A stretch of 63,953 nt of DNA, the filler included, from an uncultured Methanosarcinales archaeon (GTDB taxonomy: Archaea; Nanobdellota; Nanobdellia; Woesearchaeales; JAGLXL01), in assembly GCA_964472345.1 (NCBI GenBank). It is 4 parts of 4 records of this genome, joined end to end, with 100 filler letters (N's around TTAATTAATTAA, not from the genome) between each part and the next. Parts side by side here need not be neighbours in the genome. Positions count along the whole stretch, not along the records: positions 1 to 18,091 come from CAYYLB010000020.1; 3 more parts are not named here. One strand, written 5' to 3'. The notes beneath the pieces are model-generated. The model saw only the letters and a list, made by a program, of their open reading frames with translations, was not told the DNA's origin and ran no database searches. The position numbers were made by a program, and so were the translations under genes. Every line of letters starts with the position of its first letter. Position 1 is the stretch's first letter. Shown in pieces: positions 1 through 9,289 of the stretch.

Positions 1-366
1 GCTGGTGGTAAGGAAAGGGTGAGTTCGGCATCTCTGCAGCTGGCTTTCTGGTACTGCCGACAGTCACGCACCTCTGGCAGGCCGCTGCCGTTTTTCCTCC
101 GCTGATTGATGCCGTACGAAACGCCGGCCCCGCTATGCCGCCGCCACACGCAGCGCCGGAGCCGCAGGCGGAGGCGCGATGGGGTACGCTCGGCCGCCGC
201 CAGGTTTTCAGTGCACCGCAGGCACGGCCCGCTCCCGTCGCGCAAGAGGCCACATTCCGTTACAGGCGGAGGCGCGATTGGTTACGTTCGCCGTGGTTCG
301 GGAAACGCATGGCGATCCGGGCGTGGTTCACCGCGTCACACAGGCGAAGGTGCTGAGAGGGGGCCT

Positions 367-600
367 TCAGATGGTCTCGAGCTGGCTCACCACATTCCAC
401 ATCTGGGAGCGGAGGTGAGGCTCGATGGAATTGGCCGAAAAGAGTTCCTCAATCTCGAGCATGGCCTTGTCCTTGCCGAGCTGCGGATCCTGCTCAAGGA
501 AGGCAATGATGCACTCGAGGCGCTCGCGGATATGCCTGGTGATGGCGGGGTCTCCCTTGAGCTCGTTGATGGCAGCGACGACTGACTGGACAGAGCTCAC
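367..600 (-). CDS. UPF0147 family protein
   Basis: 77 aa helical archaeal protein ending ..HLRSQMWNVVSQLE; last gene of the L37ae-rpoP-pcc1-pfdB operon. Confidence 0.8.
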   Translation of the reverse strand: MSSVQSVVAAINELKGDPAITRHIRERLECIIAFLEQDPQLGKDKAMLEIEELFSANSIEPHLRSQMWNVVSQLETI

Positions 601-935
601 GACTCCCCACCTTCTTTTTTCATCGCTTGGACAATCTCGCGCTGCAGCTCATCAGCTTTCTTGCGCAGGCGCTCTTCCTGCATCTCGATGTTCTTGACGC
701 GAAGCTCAACCGTCGCTTTCCGCTCCTTCAGGCCTTTCTCAAGCTCCCCGCGGTCGCTGAGCACCATCAGGCTGCCGATGATCTTGTACGCCTGCTGCGT
801 GCCCTTCAGCTCGGTGAGCGCGGATTCGGATTCGTTCAGCTGCAGCTGGAACTGCTGTTTCTGCATCAGCAGGGCCTGCAGGTTTTGCTGGAACAGCTGG
901 AGCTGTGCGACTTTCTTCTGCGAATCATTGGTCAT
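597..935 (-). CDS. pfdB: Prefoldin beta subunit
   Basis: Coiled coils flanking YKIIGSLMV hairpin; conserved archaeal operon context. Confidence 0.92.
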   Translation of the reverse strand: MTNDSQKKVAQLQLFQQNLQALLMQKQQFQLQLNESESALTELKGTQQAYKIIGSLMVLSDRGELEKGLKERKATVELRVKNIEMQEERLRKKADELQREIVQAMKKEGGES

Positions 936-1152
936 GCTGAACCTTCTCTGCCATTTCGAGCAGCCGTGTTGCGGAGCCCATCACTGCTTTCAGTGCCGTT
1001 GCGTCGGCTGCGGTGATCACAAGGGAGCAGTCCCTGCCGCTCCTGCGGAGGCGCACGCTCAAGCGCTCCGTCGTGGCCTCTTCGGGTTTCAATGCGGCGC
1101 AGAGCATGCCTCTCTCGTCGCGGCAGCGGATGGTCGCACGATAGGGGAACAT
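925..1152 (-). CDS. pcc1: KEOPS complex subunit Pcc1
   Basis: ALKPE and ITAADATALKA motifs; position between rpoP and pfdB. Confidence 0.8.
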   Translation of the reverse strand: MFPYRATIRCRDERGMLCAALKPEEATTERLSVRLRRSGRDCSLVITAADATALKAVMGSATRLLEMAEKVQHDQ

Positions 1153-1153
1153 C

Positions 1154-1294
1154 TTACCTGGCCTTGACCTTTGTTGTTGCCGTGCGCTCCTTGTAGAGCA
1201 TCTTGCTGCCGCAATAGGGGCAGCGCACCCGTGTCCGGAGGTACTCGTCGCCGACTTCTTTCCCGCAGGAAAAACAGGTGTAGTGGACCATCAT
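1154..1294 (-). CDS. rpoP: RNA polymerase subunit Rpo12 (RpoP)
   Basis: Read by hand, not in ORF track: MMVHYTCFSCGKEVGDEYLRTRVRCPYCGSKMLYKERTATTKVKAR; Zn ribbon CxxC..CPYC. Confidence 0.92.
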   Translation of the reverse strand: MMVHYTCFSCGKEVGDEYLRTRVRCPYCGSKMLYKERTATTKVKAR

Positions 1295-1545
1295 GCCTCC
1301 GTGGCCGCTTCTTTGGCGGCATTTTCTTCACGGATCACATAGGCGCGGCCCGTGAAGGTTGCGCTGCACTTGCGGCACGACCAGATGCCGACACTGACGC
1401 GGCGGACAGCGCGGTAGGCGCAATAAGGGCACGGGTGCCGTGCACGCTGCAGGCGCTCGATCTTGTCGAACGTGATTTTGCTGCGTGGGCCATAGCGCGC
1501 GCCAAAGCGCTTCGTTGACGTAAGTTTTTCTTTCTTTGCGGCCAT
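1291..1545 (-). CDS. rpl37ae: 50S ribosomal protein L37ae (eL43)
   Basis: RFGARYG, CPYC, GIWSCRKC motifs. Confidence 0.96.
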   Translation of the reverse strand: MAAKKEKLTSTKRFGARYGPRSKITFDKIERLQRARHPCPYCAYRAVRRVSVGIWSCRKCSATFTGRAYVIREENAAKEAATEA

Positions 1546-1552
1546 TGGAAAA

Positions 1553-1693
1553 TGGGGCTGCCCGGATTTTCAGGTGGGGCGCCCCGCGGATGAACAGGAA
1601 GGAACGCGTCCCTTTGAACCGGGGTCTGCTGGTCCCAAACCAGCGAGGATGATTCTTGCAGCACCGTGCTGGACCAAGCTACCCCACAGCCCC
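1553..1693 (-). tRNA. tRNA-Pro(UGG) with two introns (1653-1672 in D-loop; 1567-1612 in T-loop)
   Basis: Acceptor GGGGCTG/CAGCCCC-A, anticodon arm GCTGG-TT TGG GA-CCAGC, T arm CCCGG/CCGGG; removing two BHB-bounded introns (20 and 46 nt) leaves 75 nt. Confidence 0.92.
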
Positions 1694-1797
1694 GATGATG
1701 AGCAAAAACGGGGAATGGTTTTTAAAGGTTTCGCACCAACAGGTTTCTTGGATGAGCCGCCCCAACATTTTATAAAGCACGGCAGGCGCGCATTCCC

Positions 1798-2901
1798 ATG
1801 GACATCACACCCGAGCAGAAGCGGAAGCTGAAGAAGTTCGTCAAGGAACTCAGCGCGCTGCGCGCGAACCACACGGAATTCGTCACTGTCTGCATCCCTG
1901 CGGGCTACGAGCTCAGCAAGATCACCAATCACCTTGCGGAGGAGCAGGGCACCGCTTCCAACATCAAGAGCACGGGCACGCGGAAGAATGTGCAGGCAGC
2001 ATTGGAGCGGATGATTCAGCACCTCAAGCTGTATGCGCAGACGCCGCCCAACGGCTTGGCGCTGTTTTCCGGCAATGTGGCTGCGCGCGAGGGGCAGCAG
2101 GATGTGAGGGTGTGGAGCATCGAGCCGCCCATCCCGGTCCAGACGCGGATCTACCGCTGCGACAAGACGTTCGTGCTGGACATCCTTGAAGAGATGCTCG
2201 AGGAAAAGAGCATCTACGGGCTGGTTGTCATTGACCGGAGGGATGCCGACATCGCGCTGTTGAAGGGAAAGACGATTCTGCATCTGGCAAAGACGCACTC
2301 CCACGTGCCGGGAAAGTTTAAGGCGGGGGGACAAAGTGCAATGCGTTTCCACCGCATCATCGAAGGCGCGGCAAAGGACCATTACCGGAAGGTTGCAGAG
2401 TACGTGAAGGAGCAGTTCCTCGGCATGAAGGGCCTGCAGGGTATTCTCGTCGGCGGCCCCGGTCCGACGAAGAATGATTTTCTTGAGCTGGGGCAGCTGA
2501 CCACGGAACTGAAGAACAAGGTGCTTGCGGTGAAGGACCTGAGCTATACGGGGATGTTCGGGCTGCAGGAGCTGGTGGAGAAGAGCCAGGACGTGCTGGC
2601 AAAAGAGGAGATTGTGGTCGAGCAGAAGATCATGGACGAGTTCTTCACGCGGCTGGCGAAGGACACGGCAAAAGCAGCGTACGGCAGGCAGCAGGTTGCG
2701 CATGCGCTGCAGATCGGCGCGGTTGACACGCTGCTGCTCTCCGAGTCGCTGGATGATGAGGTCATCGACCGGCTGAGTGAGCAGGCGGCGGCGACGGGGA
2801 CGAAAGTCATGATGATCTCGACTGAGACGCGCCAGGGCGTGCAGCTCCGTGATCTTGGCGGCATGGCTGCGCTGCTGCGGTTTCCGGTTGAGAGCGGATG
2901 A
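1798..2901 (+). CDS. prf1: Peptide chain release factor aRF1
   Basis: NIKS, YRCD and GGQ motifs. Confidence 0.96.
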   Translation: MDITPEQKRKLKKFVKELSALRANHTEFVTVCIPAGYELSKITNHLAEEQGTASNIKSTGTRKNVQAALERMIQHLKLYAQTPPNGLALFSGNVAAREGQQDVRVWSIEPPIPVQTRIYRCDKTFVLDILEEMLEEKSIYGLVVIDRRDADIALLKGKTILHLAKTHSHVPGKFKAGGQSAMRFHRIIEGAAKDHYRKVAEYVKEQFLGMKGLQGILVGGPGPTKNDFLELGQLTTELKNKVLAVKDLSYTGMFGLQELVEKSQDVLAKEEIVVEQKIMDEFFTRLAKDTAKAAYGRQQVAHALQIGAVDTLLLSESLDDEVIDRLSEQAAATGTKVMMISTETRQGVQLRDLGGMAALLRFPVESG

Positions 2902-3593
2902 TGGACCTTGTGCAGGAAGCGTTCACGAGGCTGTGGCCGGAGCGGGCATTTCCCTATACTGCCGAGATCACCTATTCGGGGAGGTTCAGCCCCTATAATG
3001 CGCGGGTGCGGCTTGCGCGCAACCACCTGCAGTTCGGGCTGAGCGCGGAGTGGAAGCGCGTTGACCGGGAGATTGTGATCGGGCTGGTGCAGTCGCTGCT
3101 TGCAAGAACCCTGAAAGAGAAGGGGGCAACGGTGAATGTGCAGCTCTATCACGCCTTTGTGAGGAAACTGCCTGACGCGATTCCGCGCGGCGCAAGCGAT
3201 CCGGTTCTTGAGCAGGCATTCGCCCGGCTGAATGAGCTCTACTTCTACAGCCTGCTGGATCAGCCGACGCTCGCATGGGGCACCGCCAGCACCACGAAGC
3301 TCGGGCATTATAACCTGCATACGGACACAGTCGTGCTGTCGGCGGTCTTCCGTGAGGCGCCGCGGGAGCTGCTCGAGTACGTGCTCTACCATGAGATGCT
3401 GCACAAGAAGCACAAGTACCGGCAGCAGGGCAACCGCAGCCATTTCCACACGAAGGCGTTTAAGGCCGACGAAAAGAGATTTAACGACGCAGGTCGGCTC
3501 GAACGGCAGCTTGAGGGGTTCTTGGGCACGCAGCGCCGCGCGGCCCGGCGGAGGGGATTTCAGAAGAGGAGTTTTTTCTCGCGCTGGCTCTGA
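2898..3593 (+). CDS. SprT/YgjP-like zinc metallopeptidase domain protein
   Basis: YVLYHEMLH (HExxH) plus downstream HTKAF. Confidence 0.7.
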   Translation: MMDLVQEAFTRLWPERAFPYTAEITYSGRFSPYNARVRLARNHLQFGLSAEWKRVDREIVIGLVQSLLARTLKEKGATVNVQLYHAFVRKLPDAIPRGASDPVLEQAFARLNELYFYSLLDQPTLAWGTASTTKLGHYNLHTDTVVLSAVFREAPRELLEYVLYHEMLHKKHKYRQQGNRSHFHTKAFKADEKRFNDAGRLERQLEGFLGTQRRAARRRGFQKRSFFSRWL

Positions 3594-3716
3594 GGGGTGG
3601 CCGCCCGCCCGCCGGCCCTGGTTTTTGGCACGGTCTTCACGCCAGCCGCGGCAGAATTTCGCAACAGCCCCGAGTCCGCCAAAACCTTTAAAAACACCAT
3701 CGCTCCAATGACCTCT

Positions 3717-3932
3717 ATGCCACGTCCGAACATTCTGCCGCTTGCGGCGATGGAGAAGCTGATGCGCAAGGCGGGAGCGCCGCGCGTCGCTGACAATGCC
3801 AAGACAGAGCTTGCGGACGCGCTGGAGGAGTTTGCGCTGCAGCTGAGCGCGGAGGCATTGAAGTTTTCCCAGCACGCGGGCAGGAAGACGGTCACGGCGG
3901 TTGACATCAGGCTCGCACGGAGAAAATCATAA
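3717..3932 (+). CDS. Archaeal histone
   Basis: LPLAAMEKLMRKAGAPRV...HAGRKTVTAVDI histone fold; TATA-like TTTAAAAA at ~3687; start could be 3708. Confidence 0.92.
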   Translation: MPRPNILPLAAMEKLMRKAGAPRVADNAKTELADALEEFALQLSAEALKFSQHAGRKTVTAVDIRLARRKS

Positions 3933-3946
3933 CGGGGGTTTTGGCG

Positions 3947-4345
3947 ATGCTCAAGCAGACGACGGCAAGCAGTGTGAAGGAAGGGGACACCATTCTCGTC
4001 GAAGGGCATCCGTGCCGCGTCGTCAGCACGCAAAAATCAAAGCCGGGAAAGCACGGCGCGGCAAAAGCGCGGATTGTCGCGGTCGGGATCATTGACCAGA
4101 AGAAGCGCGACCTGGTGATGCCGGGCTCGGAGCGCATCGACGTGCCGCTCATCGAGAAAAAGAGCGCGCAGGTGCTGAGTATCACGAACAGCGTCGCGAA
4201 CGTCATGGACATGGAAACCTACGAGACATTCGATCTGCTGATTCCGGAAGAGCTCCAGGGGCAGGTAAGAGACGGCGTGCAGGTGCTCTACTGGACGATC
4301 ATGGACCAGAAGCTGATGAAGCAGGTGAAAGGGGCTGAGCAGTAA
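3947..4345 (+). CDS. eif5a: Translation factor aIF5A
   Basis: SKPGKHGAAK hypusine motif. Confidence 0.95.
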   Translation: MLKQTTASSVKEGDTILVEGHPCRVVSTQKSKPGKHGAAKARIVAVGIIDQKKRDLVMPGSERIDVPLIEKKSAQVLSITNSVANVMDMETYETFDLLIPEELQGQVRDGVQVLYWTIMDQKLMKQVKGAEQ

Positions 4346-4506
4346 TGGCAAAGTTCGAAGAGCCGGTCGCACGGATGTTCCGGAACGTGTTCGTCTGCCG
4401 GAAGTGCAAGCATAAGATCCGATCGCCGAGCATGCGCGTCAGCCAGGGCATCACCAAGTGCCGGAACTGCGGAAGCCGGGTGCTGAGGCCGCGGCGCAGG
4501 AAATAG
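4345..4506 (+). CDS. rpl40e: 50S ribosomal protein L40e
   Basis: Read by hand: MAKFEEPVARMFRNVFVCRKCKHKIR...KCRNCGSRVLRPRRRK. Confidence 0.9.
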   Translation: MAKFEEPVARMFRNVFVCRKCKHKIRSPSMRVSQGITKCRNCGSRVLRPRRRK

Positions 4507-4507
4507 C

Positions 4508-5695
4508 ATGACGCTGGCCGCTGCGCTGCTGCAGTACCGGTGGATCATTCTCTTTTATCTTGCGCTTGCCCTGTTCCTTGTTCTCAGGCGCAGGCGGCTT
4601 GCCGTGCAGTCGAAGATCATCCTCCTGTACCGCACGACGATCGGCATCCGGCTGATGGACTGGCTTGCAGGCAGGTATCGTGAGTGGGTGAAGCTGTTCG
4701 GCTATATGGGCATCGGCATCGGGTTTGTGGGGCTCGTGCTGATTTCGGCGCTGCTGCTGATCGGCTTTGCGCAGCTGTTCACAAGGCCGGAGCAGCCTGC
4801 GAGCGTCTCGCTCGTGCTGCCGGGGGTCGAAGTGCCAGGCCTTGGGGTGCTGCCGTTCTGGCACTGGCTGATCGCGATCTTTGTGATTGCCGTGGTGCAT
4901 GAGTTCGGGCATGGGATCGTGGCGCGGGCGCATGGCATAGGGATAAACTGGACCGGCCTCGTGCTGATAGGGCCCATCATCGGCGCGTTTGTCGAGCCGG
5001 ATGAAAAGCGCCTGGCGAAGGAGCACGACGTCGTGCAGTATTCGGTGTACGCGGCAGGGGCGGTCGCCAACATCTTCCTCGGGATCATCGCAGTGCTGCT
5101 GATGCTGTTTGTCGCGCTCCCGCTGCAGCAGTCGCTCGTCGAGCCGGTAGGATTTGCGTTTGATGGCTATTACGGAAGCGGGTATCCCGCGGAACGCGCC
5201 GGACTCCGCGCAGGAGACGTCATCACCGCTGTTGGTGGTGAGGAGCATGCGGATGCGCAGCGGTTCTCGGAGATGATGGGCAGAATGCGGCCGAATGAGA
5301 CACTTGAGGTGAGGACCGCTAGCAACGCAACGCTGCTGCTCACCGCGGCCGCCCATCCTGATGATGCGCAAAGGGCTTTCATTGGCATCGTCGGCATCCG
5401 CAGCGAATACCAGGTGAAGCAGGGGCAGTTCGCGGCGCTGAACCGCGTGCTGCTCACGCTGATCGTCTTCCTCCGCTGGCTCTTCGTGCTGAGCCTCGGC
5501 ATCGGGCTGTTCAACGTGCTGCCGTTGCCGATTGTCGACGGCGGGCGGATGGCGCAGACATTCCTCAGGAAAGCCTGGGGCGAGCATCGCGGGAACAAGG
5601 CGTTTGGGACGGTGAGCTTCTTCTTCCTGCTCGTGCTTGCGCTGAGCCTGCTGGTGCCGATGATCCGGTCGCTGGTGCGGTACGTGCAGGTGTGA
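4508..5695 (+). CDS. Site-2 protease (M50) with PDZ domain
   Basis: HEFGH, NVLPLPIVDGG, PAERAGLRAGDVI; multiple TM segments. Confidence 0.92.
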   Translation: MTLAAALLQYRWIILFYLALALFLVLRRRRLAVQSKIILLYRTTIGIRLMDWLAGRYREWVKLFGYMGIGIGFVGLVLISALLLIGFAQLFTRPEQPASVSLVLPGVEVPGLGVLPFWHWLIAIFVIAVVHEFGHGIVARAHGIGINWTGLVLIGPIIGAFVEPDEKRLAKEHDVVQYSVYAAGAVANIFLGIIAVLLMLFVALPLQQSLVEPVGFAFDGYYGSGYPAERAGLRAGDVITAVGGEEHADAQRFSEMMGRMRPNETLEVRTASNATLLLTAAAHPDDAQRAFIGIVGIRSEYQVKQGQFAALNRVLLTLIVFLRWLFVLSLGIGLFNVLPLPIVDGGRMAQTFLRKAWGEHRGNKAFGTVSFFFLLVLALSLLVPMIRSLVRYVQV

Positions 5696-5773
5696 ATCTT
5701 GTTTTTCAATGTCGTTGTCCCAGCGCGTGCCGGGAAGCAGAAGAATGAAACTCCAATCGCCGCAACCACCTTG

Positions 5774-5830
5774 CTCAAAAAATCTCGTAAAAAGGAAACT
5801 CTCGTAAAAAAGAAAGAAGAAAAAAGAAGG
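5774..5830 (-). terminator. Oligo-T archaeal terminator tract
   Basis: Successive T-runs on the minus strand right after the micropeptide stop. Confidence 0.5.
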
Positions 5831-5834
5831 AGGC

Positions 5835-5894
5835 TTATCGTCGCTTCTTGCGTCCCCCTTTCTTCCCTTTCTTTGCCTTTTTCTTCTTTGGCAT
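5835..5894 (-). CDS. 19-aa Lys/Arg-rich micropeptide MPKKKKAKKGKKGGRKKRR
   Basis: SD GGAGGTG (5902-5908), TATA TTTATATA (5944-5951) and long oligo-T tract after the stop. Confidence 0.65.
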   Translation of the reverse strand: MPKKKKAKKGKKGGRKKRR

Positions 5895-6158
5895 AATCAG
5901 GCACCTCCTTTTTTTCTGATTGAAGGAATGAATGTCATCTTCCTATATAAAGGTTTGTATAACTGTTCGTGTAACTGTTTGTGCGGTCGTGGCGGGGAAA
6001 CGGATCCATCGCACGCAGGAGTTGGTGCGCGGGCTTTATCGACGGTAATGTTCACGCGCTGCGCTGCCGTCGGCGGCCGGGCTGCTCCCGCTCCGGCAGC
6101 GCGCAGCCTCGATGCGCGCAACGCTTCGTGCTGAAAACGTTGCGTGCCGCTTTTCCCC

Positions 6159-6455
6159 TCACCTGCGCATCAGTGCTGCAAGCGTTTTCTCGACGGAACG
6201 GGTGCCGCGCGGCTTGCTGATGTGGGCGCGGATGACGGCAGCGGCGGATGCCGGATCGCGCACGTCGCGGATGTTCGCGGCCAGCGGCGCTTGTTTGAAG
6301 ACATCATCGATCCAGCGCGCAAAGTCGTTTTTCTGGTCGGTGACATGGTGCGAGAACGTCTCGCGCGGCATGGTGTCGAGCTGCCGTGCGAGCTCGCGCA
6401 GGCTGCGCAGGCGTGTGCCGTCACGCAGGACAAACGCAACATTCTCAGGTATCAC
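6159..6455 (-). CDS. DUF5752-like small protein (glycogen-cluster associated)
   Basis: FVLRDG..LRSLRELA..FSHHV..NDFARWI; GTG start after SD GGAGGTG. Confidence 0.7.
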   Translation of the reverse strand: MIPENVAFVLRDGTRLRSLRELARQLDTMPRETFSHHVTDQKNDFARWIDDVFKQAPLAANIRDVRDPASAAAVIRAHISKPRGTRSVEKTLAALMRR

Positions 6456-6571
6456 GGGGGCACCTCCGCACCTGCGCGCGGGCGCGAGGTGCATGTCCTT
6501 GTGAGCGGGGTATGCGTGAAACGGGGTGTGCGTTCGTCGTGCGGGGCGGTCGTCGTGCGGCAGCGCATGGT

Positions 6572-7774
6572 TTACCTTAGGGGCGCGACGCGCACCCTGC
6601 TATGCTCGACGCGTTGCTGGAAATCGGTGAAGACGTTCATGAACGCGAGGAAGCACTCGTAGGGCGTCTCATAGGGATTAAAGTACTTATGGACGTCGCC
6701 ATCGTTGAACCATTTGGTGCACATGTAATAGAAGTGGTCGCTGGTCTGCAGCTTCCTCCAGCTCTCGAGCAGCTCAGGATTGTTGGCTGCCTTGACTGCA
6801 GCTTCGAGCGCGTAGAGTTTCTGCAGCGCAGACTGCTGCATGGCATTCCCGACCCACGCGCTCACGTCGCGCTCCATGTCCGCCCAGCTCACAAGATGGG
6901 GGATGTCGAGCGTTCCCGCGCTCGGATACCGCCGGATGGCCTCGCTCGGCGTGACGAAGTCATTGTCGGCGTGCGTGAGGAGTGCGGCGGGCAGCTGCTC
7001 CATGAAACGGAAGATGCCGCTCTCCGCCCACTGGTGCTCGCCGAAGGTCTCATAGTCCATGAAGAGGTTCACGACGTGGCCGTTGCCGTTCGCTGTGGTG
7101 ATCCACGAGGCGAACGTCTCTGCGCTCAGCGGGAAGCCGGTCCAGTCCTTGTTGGAGAAGCGGAAGGCGATATCGTCGCTCAGGCGGTAATTCTTGAGGA
7201 GCAGGCGTAGGGGTGAGTTGTGCGCTTGGTAGACGAAGTTGGGCGATCTCCACTCAAGGAGCGGATCCCAGCCTTCGGCGAGGACAGCATGATAGCCCAT
7301 GTCCTGGGCGGCCGCCGCGAGCCGGTTATTGTAGATGAGCTCGGTGTTCCGGAACACGGCTGGCTGCGTCCCAAAGAGCTGCTTGATCTTTTCCTGATGC
7401 AGCAGCACCTGCTCGCGGAATTCCTTCGGCGAGAAAAGGAACGCAAGCGAGTGGTGATATGTCTCGCCGAGGAGCTCGACGCGGCCGGTGGCGGCGAGGC
7501 GCTGGAAGGACGCAAGCACGTCCCGCGCGGAGGATTCGAACTGCTCAAGCACGACGCCGGAAAACGAGAATGCCACTTTGAACTCCGGGTGCCGCTCGAG
7601 AAGCCGGAGGAGGAGCGCATTCATGGGGAGGTAGCACTTTTCCGCAACTTTTTGGAGCACCTGGCGGTTGGTCTGCTCATCAAAATATGGCCTATCGGTT
7701 CCGATGTCAAAGACGCGGTAGCGGCGGATGCGGTAAGGCTGATGCACCTGGAAGTAAAAGCAGACGCTTACCAC
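6572..7774 (-). CDS. Glycoside hydrolase family 57 (alpha-amylase type)
   Basis: FQVHQP, ETYHHS, FRNTEL, MDYETFGEH, TSDHFYY motifs; GTG start. Confidence 0.92.
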   Translation of the reverse strand: MVSVCFYFQVHQPYRIRRYRVFDIGTDRPYFDEQTNRQVLQKVAEKCYLPMNALLLRLLERHPEFKVAFSFSGVVLEQFESSARDVLASFQRLAATGRVELLGETYHHSLAFLFSPKEFREQVLLHQEKIKQLFGTQPAVFRNTELIYNNRLAAAAQDMGYHAVLAEGWDPLLEWRSPNFVYQAHNSPLRLLLKNYRLSDDIAFRFSNKDWTGFPLSAETFASWITTANGNGHVVNLFMDYETFGEHQWAESGIFRFMEQLPAALLTHADNDFVTPSEAIRRYPSAGTLDIPHLVSWADMERDVSAWVGNAMQQSALQKLYALEAAVKAANNPELLESWRKLQTSDHFYYMCTKWFNDGDVHKYFNPYETPYECFLAFMNVFTDFQQRVEHSRVRVAPLR

Positions 7775-8940
7775 GGGAGCATCTCCTCGTAGATGGCGCG
7801 GCACTGCTCAGCGGCATCGGTCCAGTCGAGCGCTGCGACTTCCCGTGCAGCATTGCGGCGCATGCAGTGCTGCGCTTCAGGAGAGCGTGCGAGGCTGATG
7901 ATCTTGTTTGCGAGCTCTTCAACGTCCCAGAAATCAACCTTGAGGCAGTGCGTGATGACTTCACTGACGCCGCTCTGCTTGGAGATGATGCAGGGGACGC
8001 CGCACGAGATGGCTTCCAGTGGAGTGATGCCGAACGGCTCGGAGACCGAAGGCATGACGTAGATATCTGCCATCCGGTAGGCGCGCTGCACATCCTCACC
8101 TCTCAGGAAGCCGGTGAAGAGGACGCGGTCGGCGATTCCGCCCGCAGCAGCCTGCTCGATCACCTGCGCTTCCATGTCACCGGAGCCGGCAAGGATGAAA
8201 AGGAAATGGTCGTCATGCTCAAGAACGCGCCTGGCCGCGGCGATGAAATAATCCGGGCCTTTCTGCAGCGTGATGCGGCCCAGGAAGAGGACGACCGTCT
8301 TGGTGGTGGGAAACCGGGCGCGCGGCAGGGTAACCGGGAAGTCGACCGCGTTGTGGACAACCTCAATTTTCTGTTCCGGGATGCCGTAGAAGTCGACGAT
8401 CTTCTGCTTGGTGAACTGCGAGACGGCAATCACCTTGTCAGCGGCGCGCATCCCGTCGCCCTCGATGCGGGAGACCTGCGGGTGGATGCCGTTGCCTCCG
8501 GTGCGGTCGAATTCCGTCGCGTGGACATGCACGACCAGCGGCTTTTTCGTCTTTTCCTTTGCGGCGATGCCGGCCTTGAAGGTCATCCAGTCATGAGCGT
8601 GAATAATGTCGAACTGCTCGTGCTGCGCGACCGCGGAGGCGTGCTGCGCGTAGCGCTCGACCTCTTCGAACAGGTCTTGGCCGTACAGCGAGTTGGTGCG
8701 CGGTGCGTAGGCTGCCGGCGTAAGGTAGGGCCTGAGCGCTGCGGTGATGCGGACCTGCTTCAGGTTGCCCACGGAGACGGCGGTGAGGAAGTCCGCATCG
8801 ATGTCCTCGGTCGCGTGCGGAAGAACGAGCGTCACATCAACGTTGGCATTCGCCAGGCCTCGGGTCAGGCCGTGACAGGCGGTTCCGAGGCCGCCGCTGT
8901 GGTAAGGGGGGAACTCCCAGCCGAACATCAGGACCTTCAT
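7768..8940 (-). CDS. GT4 glycosyltransferase
   Basis: WEFPP..SGGLG, HAHDW, EPFGITPLEA. Confidence 0.9.
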   Translation of the reverse strand: MKVLMFGWEFPPYHSGGLGTACHGLTRGLANANVDVTLVLPHATEDIDADFLTAVSVGNLKQVRITAALRPYLTPAAYAPRTNSLYGQDLFEEVERYAQHASAVAQHEQFDIIHAHDWMTFKAGIAAKEKTKKPLVVHVHATEFDRTGGNGIHPQVSRIEGDGMRAADKVIAVSQFTKQKIVDFYGIPEQKIEVVHNAVDFPVTLPRARFPTTKTVVLFLGRITLQKGPDYFIAAARRVLEHDDHFLFILAGSGDMEAQVIEQAAAGGIADRVLFTGFLRGEDVQRAYRMADIYVMPSVSEPFGITPLEAISCGVPCIISKQSGVSEVITHCLKVDFWDVEELANKIISLARSPEAQHCMRRNAAREVAALDWTDAAEQCRAIYEEMLPW

Positions 8941-9289
8941 CTCTTTTTTCCCCTGCCTCCGTCGGTCCCACCCAAATGGAAGAAGTGACGGGACTGTTTA
9001 TAAAGATTTCTTGGGGCGTTCGCTGAAGCCCTGCGCACTGCCATCACCTGCCGATGAGCGTGTGCGCCGCCGCCTGACCGCCGCGCAGATCCGAACATGG
9101 CGCTCATCCGCTCGTGCCTCTTGGCTCTGCTTCCCGTCCTCGCGCGCACGGCGCGCTCTCTCAGGCGCTGCAGCGATGCTCGCGCCGCCTCATTCTTTGC
9201 GGCACGCGGCGCTCTCATCACGATTGAGGAAACTATCCACTCTAAAGTGGTATGAAAGATTTAAAAGAGCTTTTTGCCCCGGGGAAGCG

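Noticed and set aside
100..130. CTGATTGA...GAAA resembling a hammerhead core
   Set aside because: Core has an extra base and no convincing flanking stems
165..278. 16-bp direct repeat CAGGCGGAGGCGCGAT (165-180, 263-278)
   Set aside because: Only two copies in GC-rich intergenic DNA, with no cargo or supporting structure
8937..9240. ORF 8937-9221, long upstream extension of GT3, and GAGGAAAC resembling RNase P RNA
   Set aside because: Low-complexity translation over divergent promoters; no matching RNase P 3' signature
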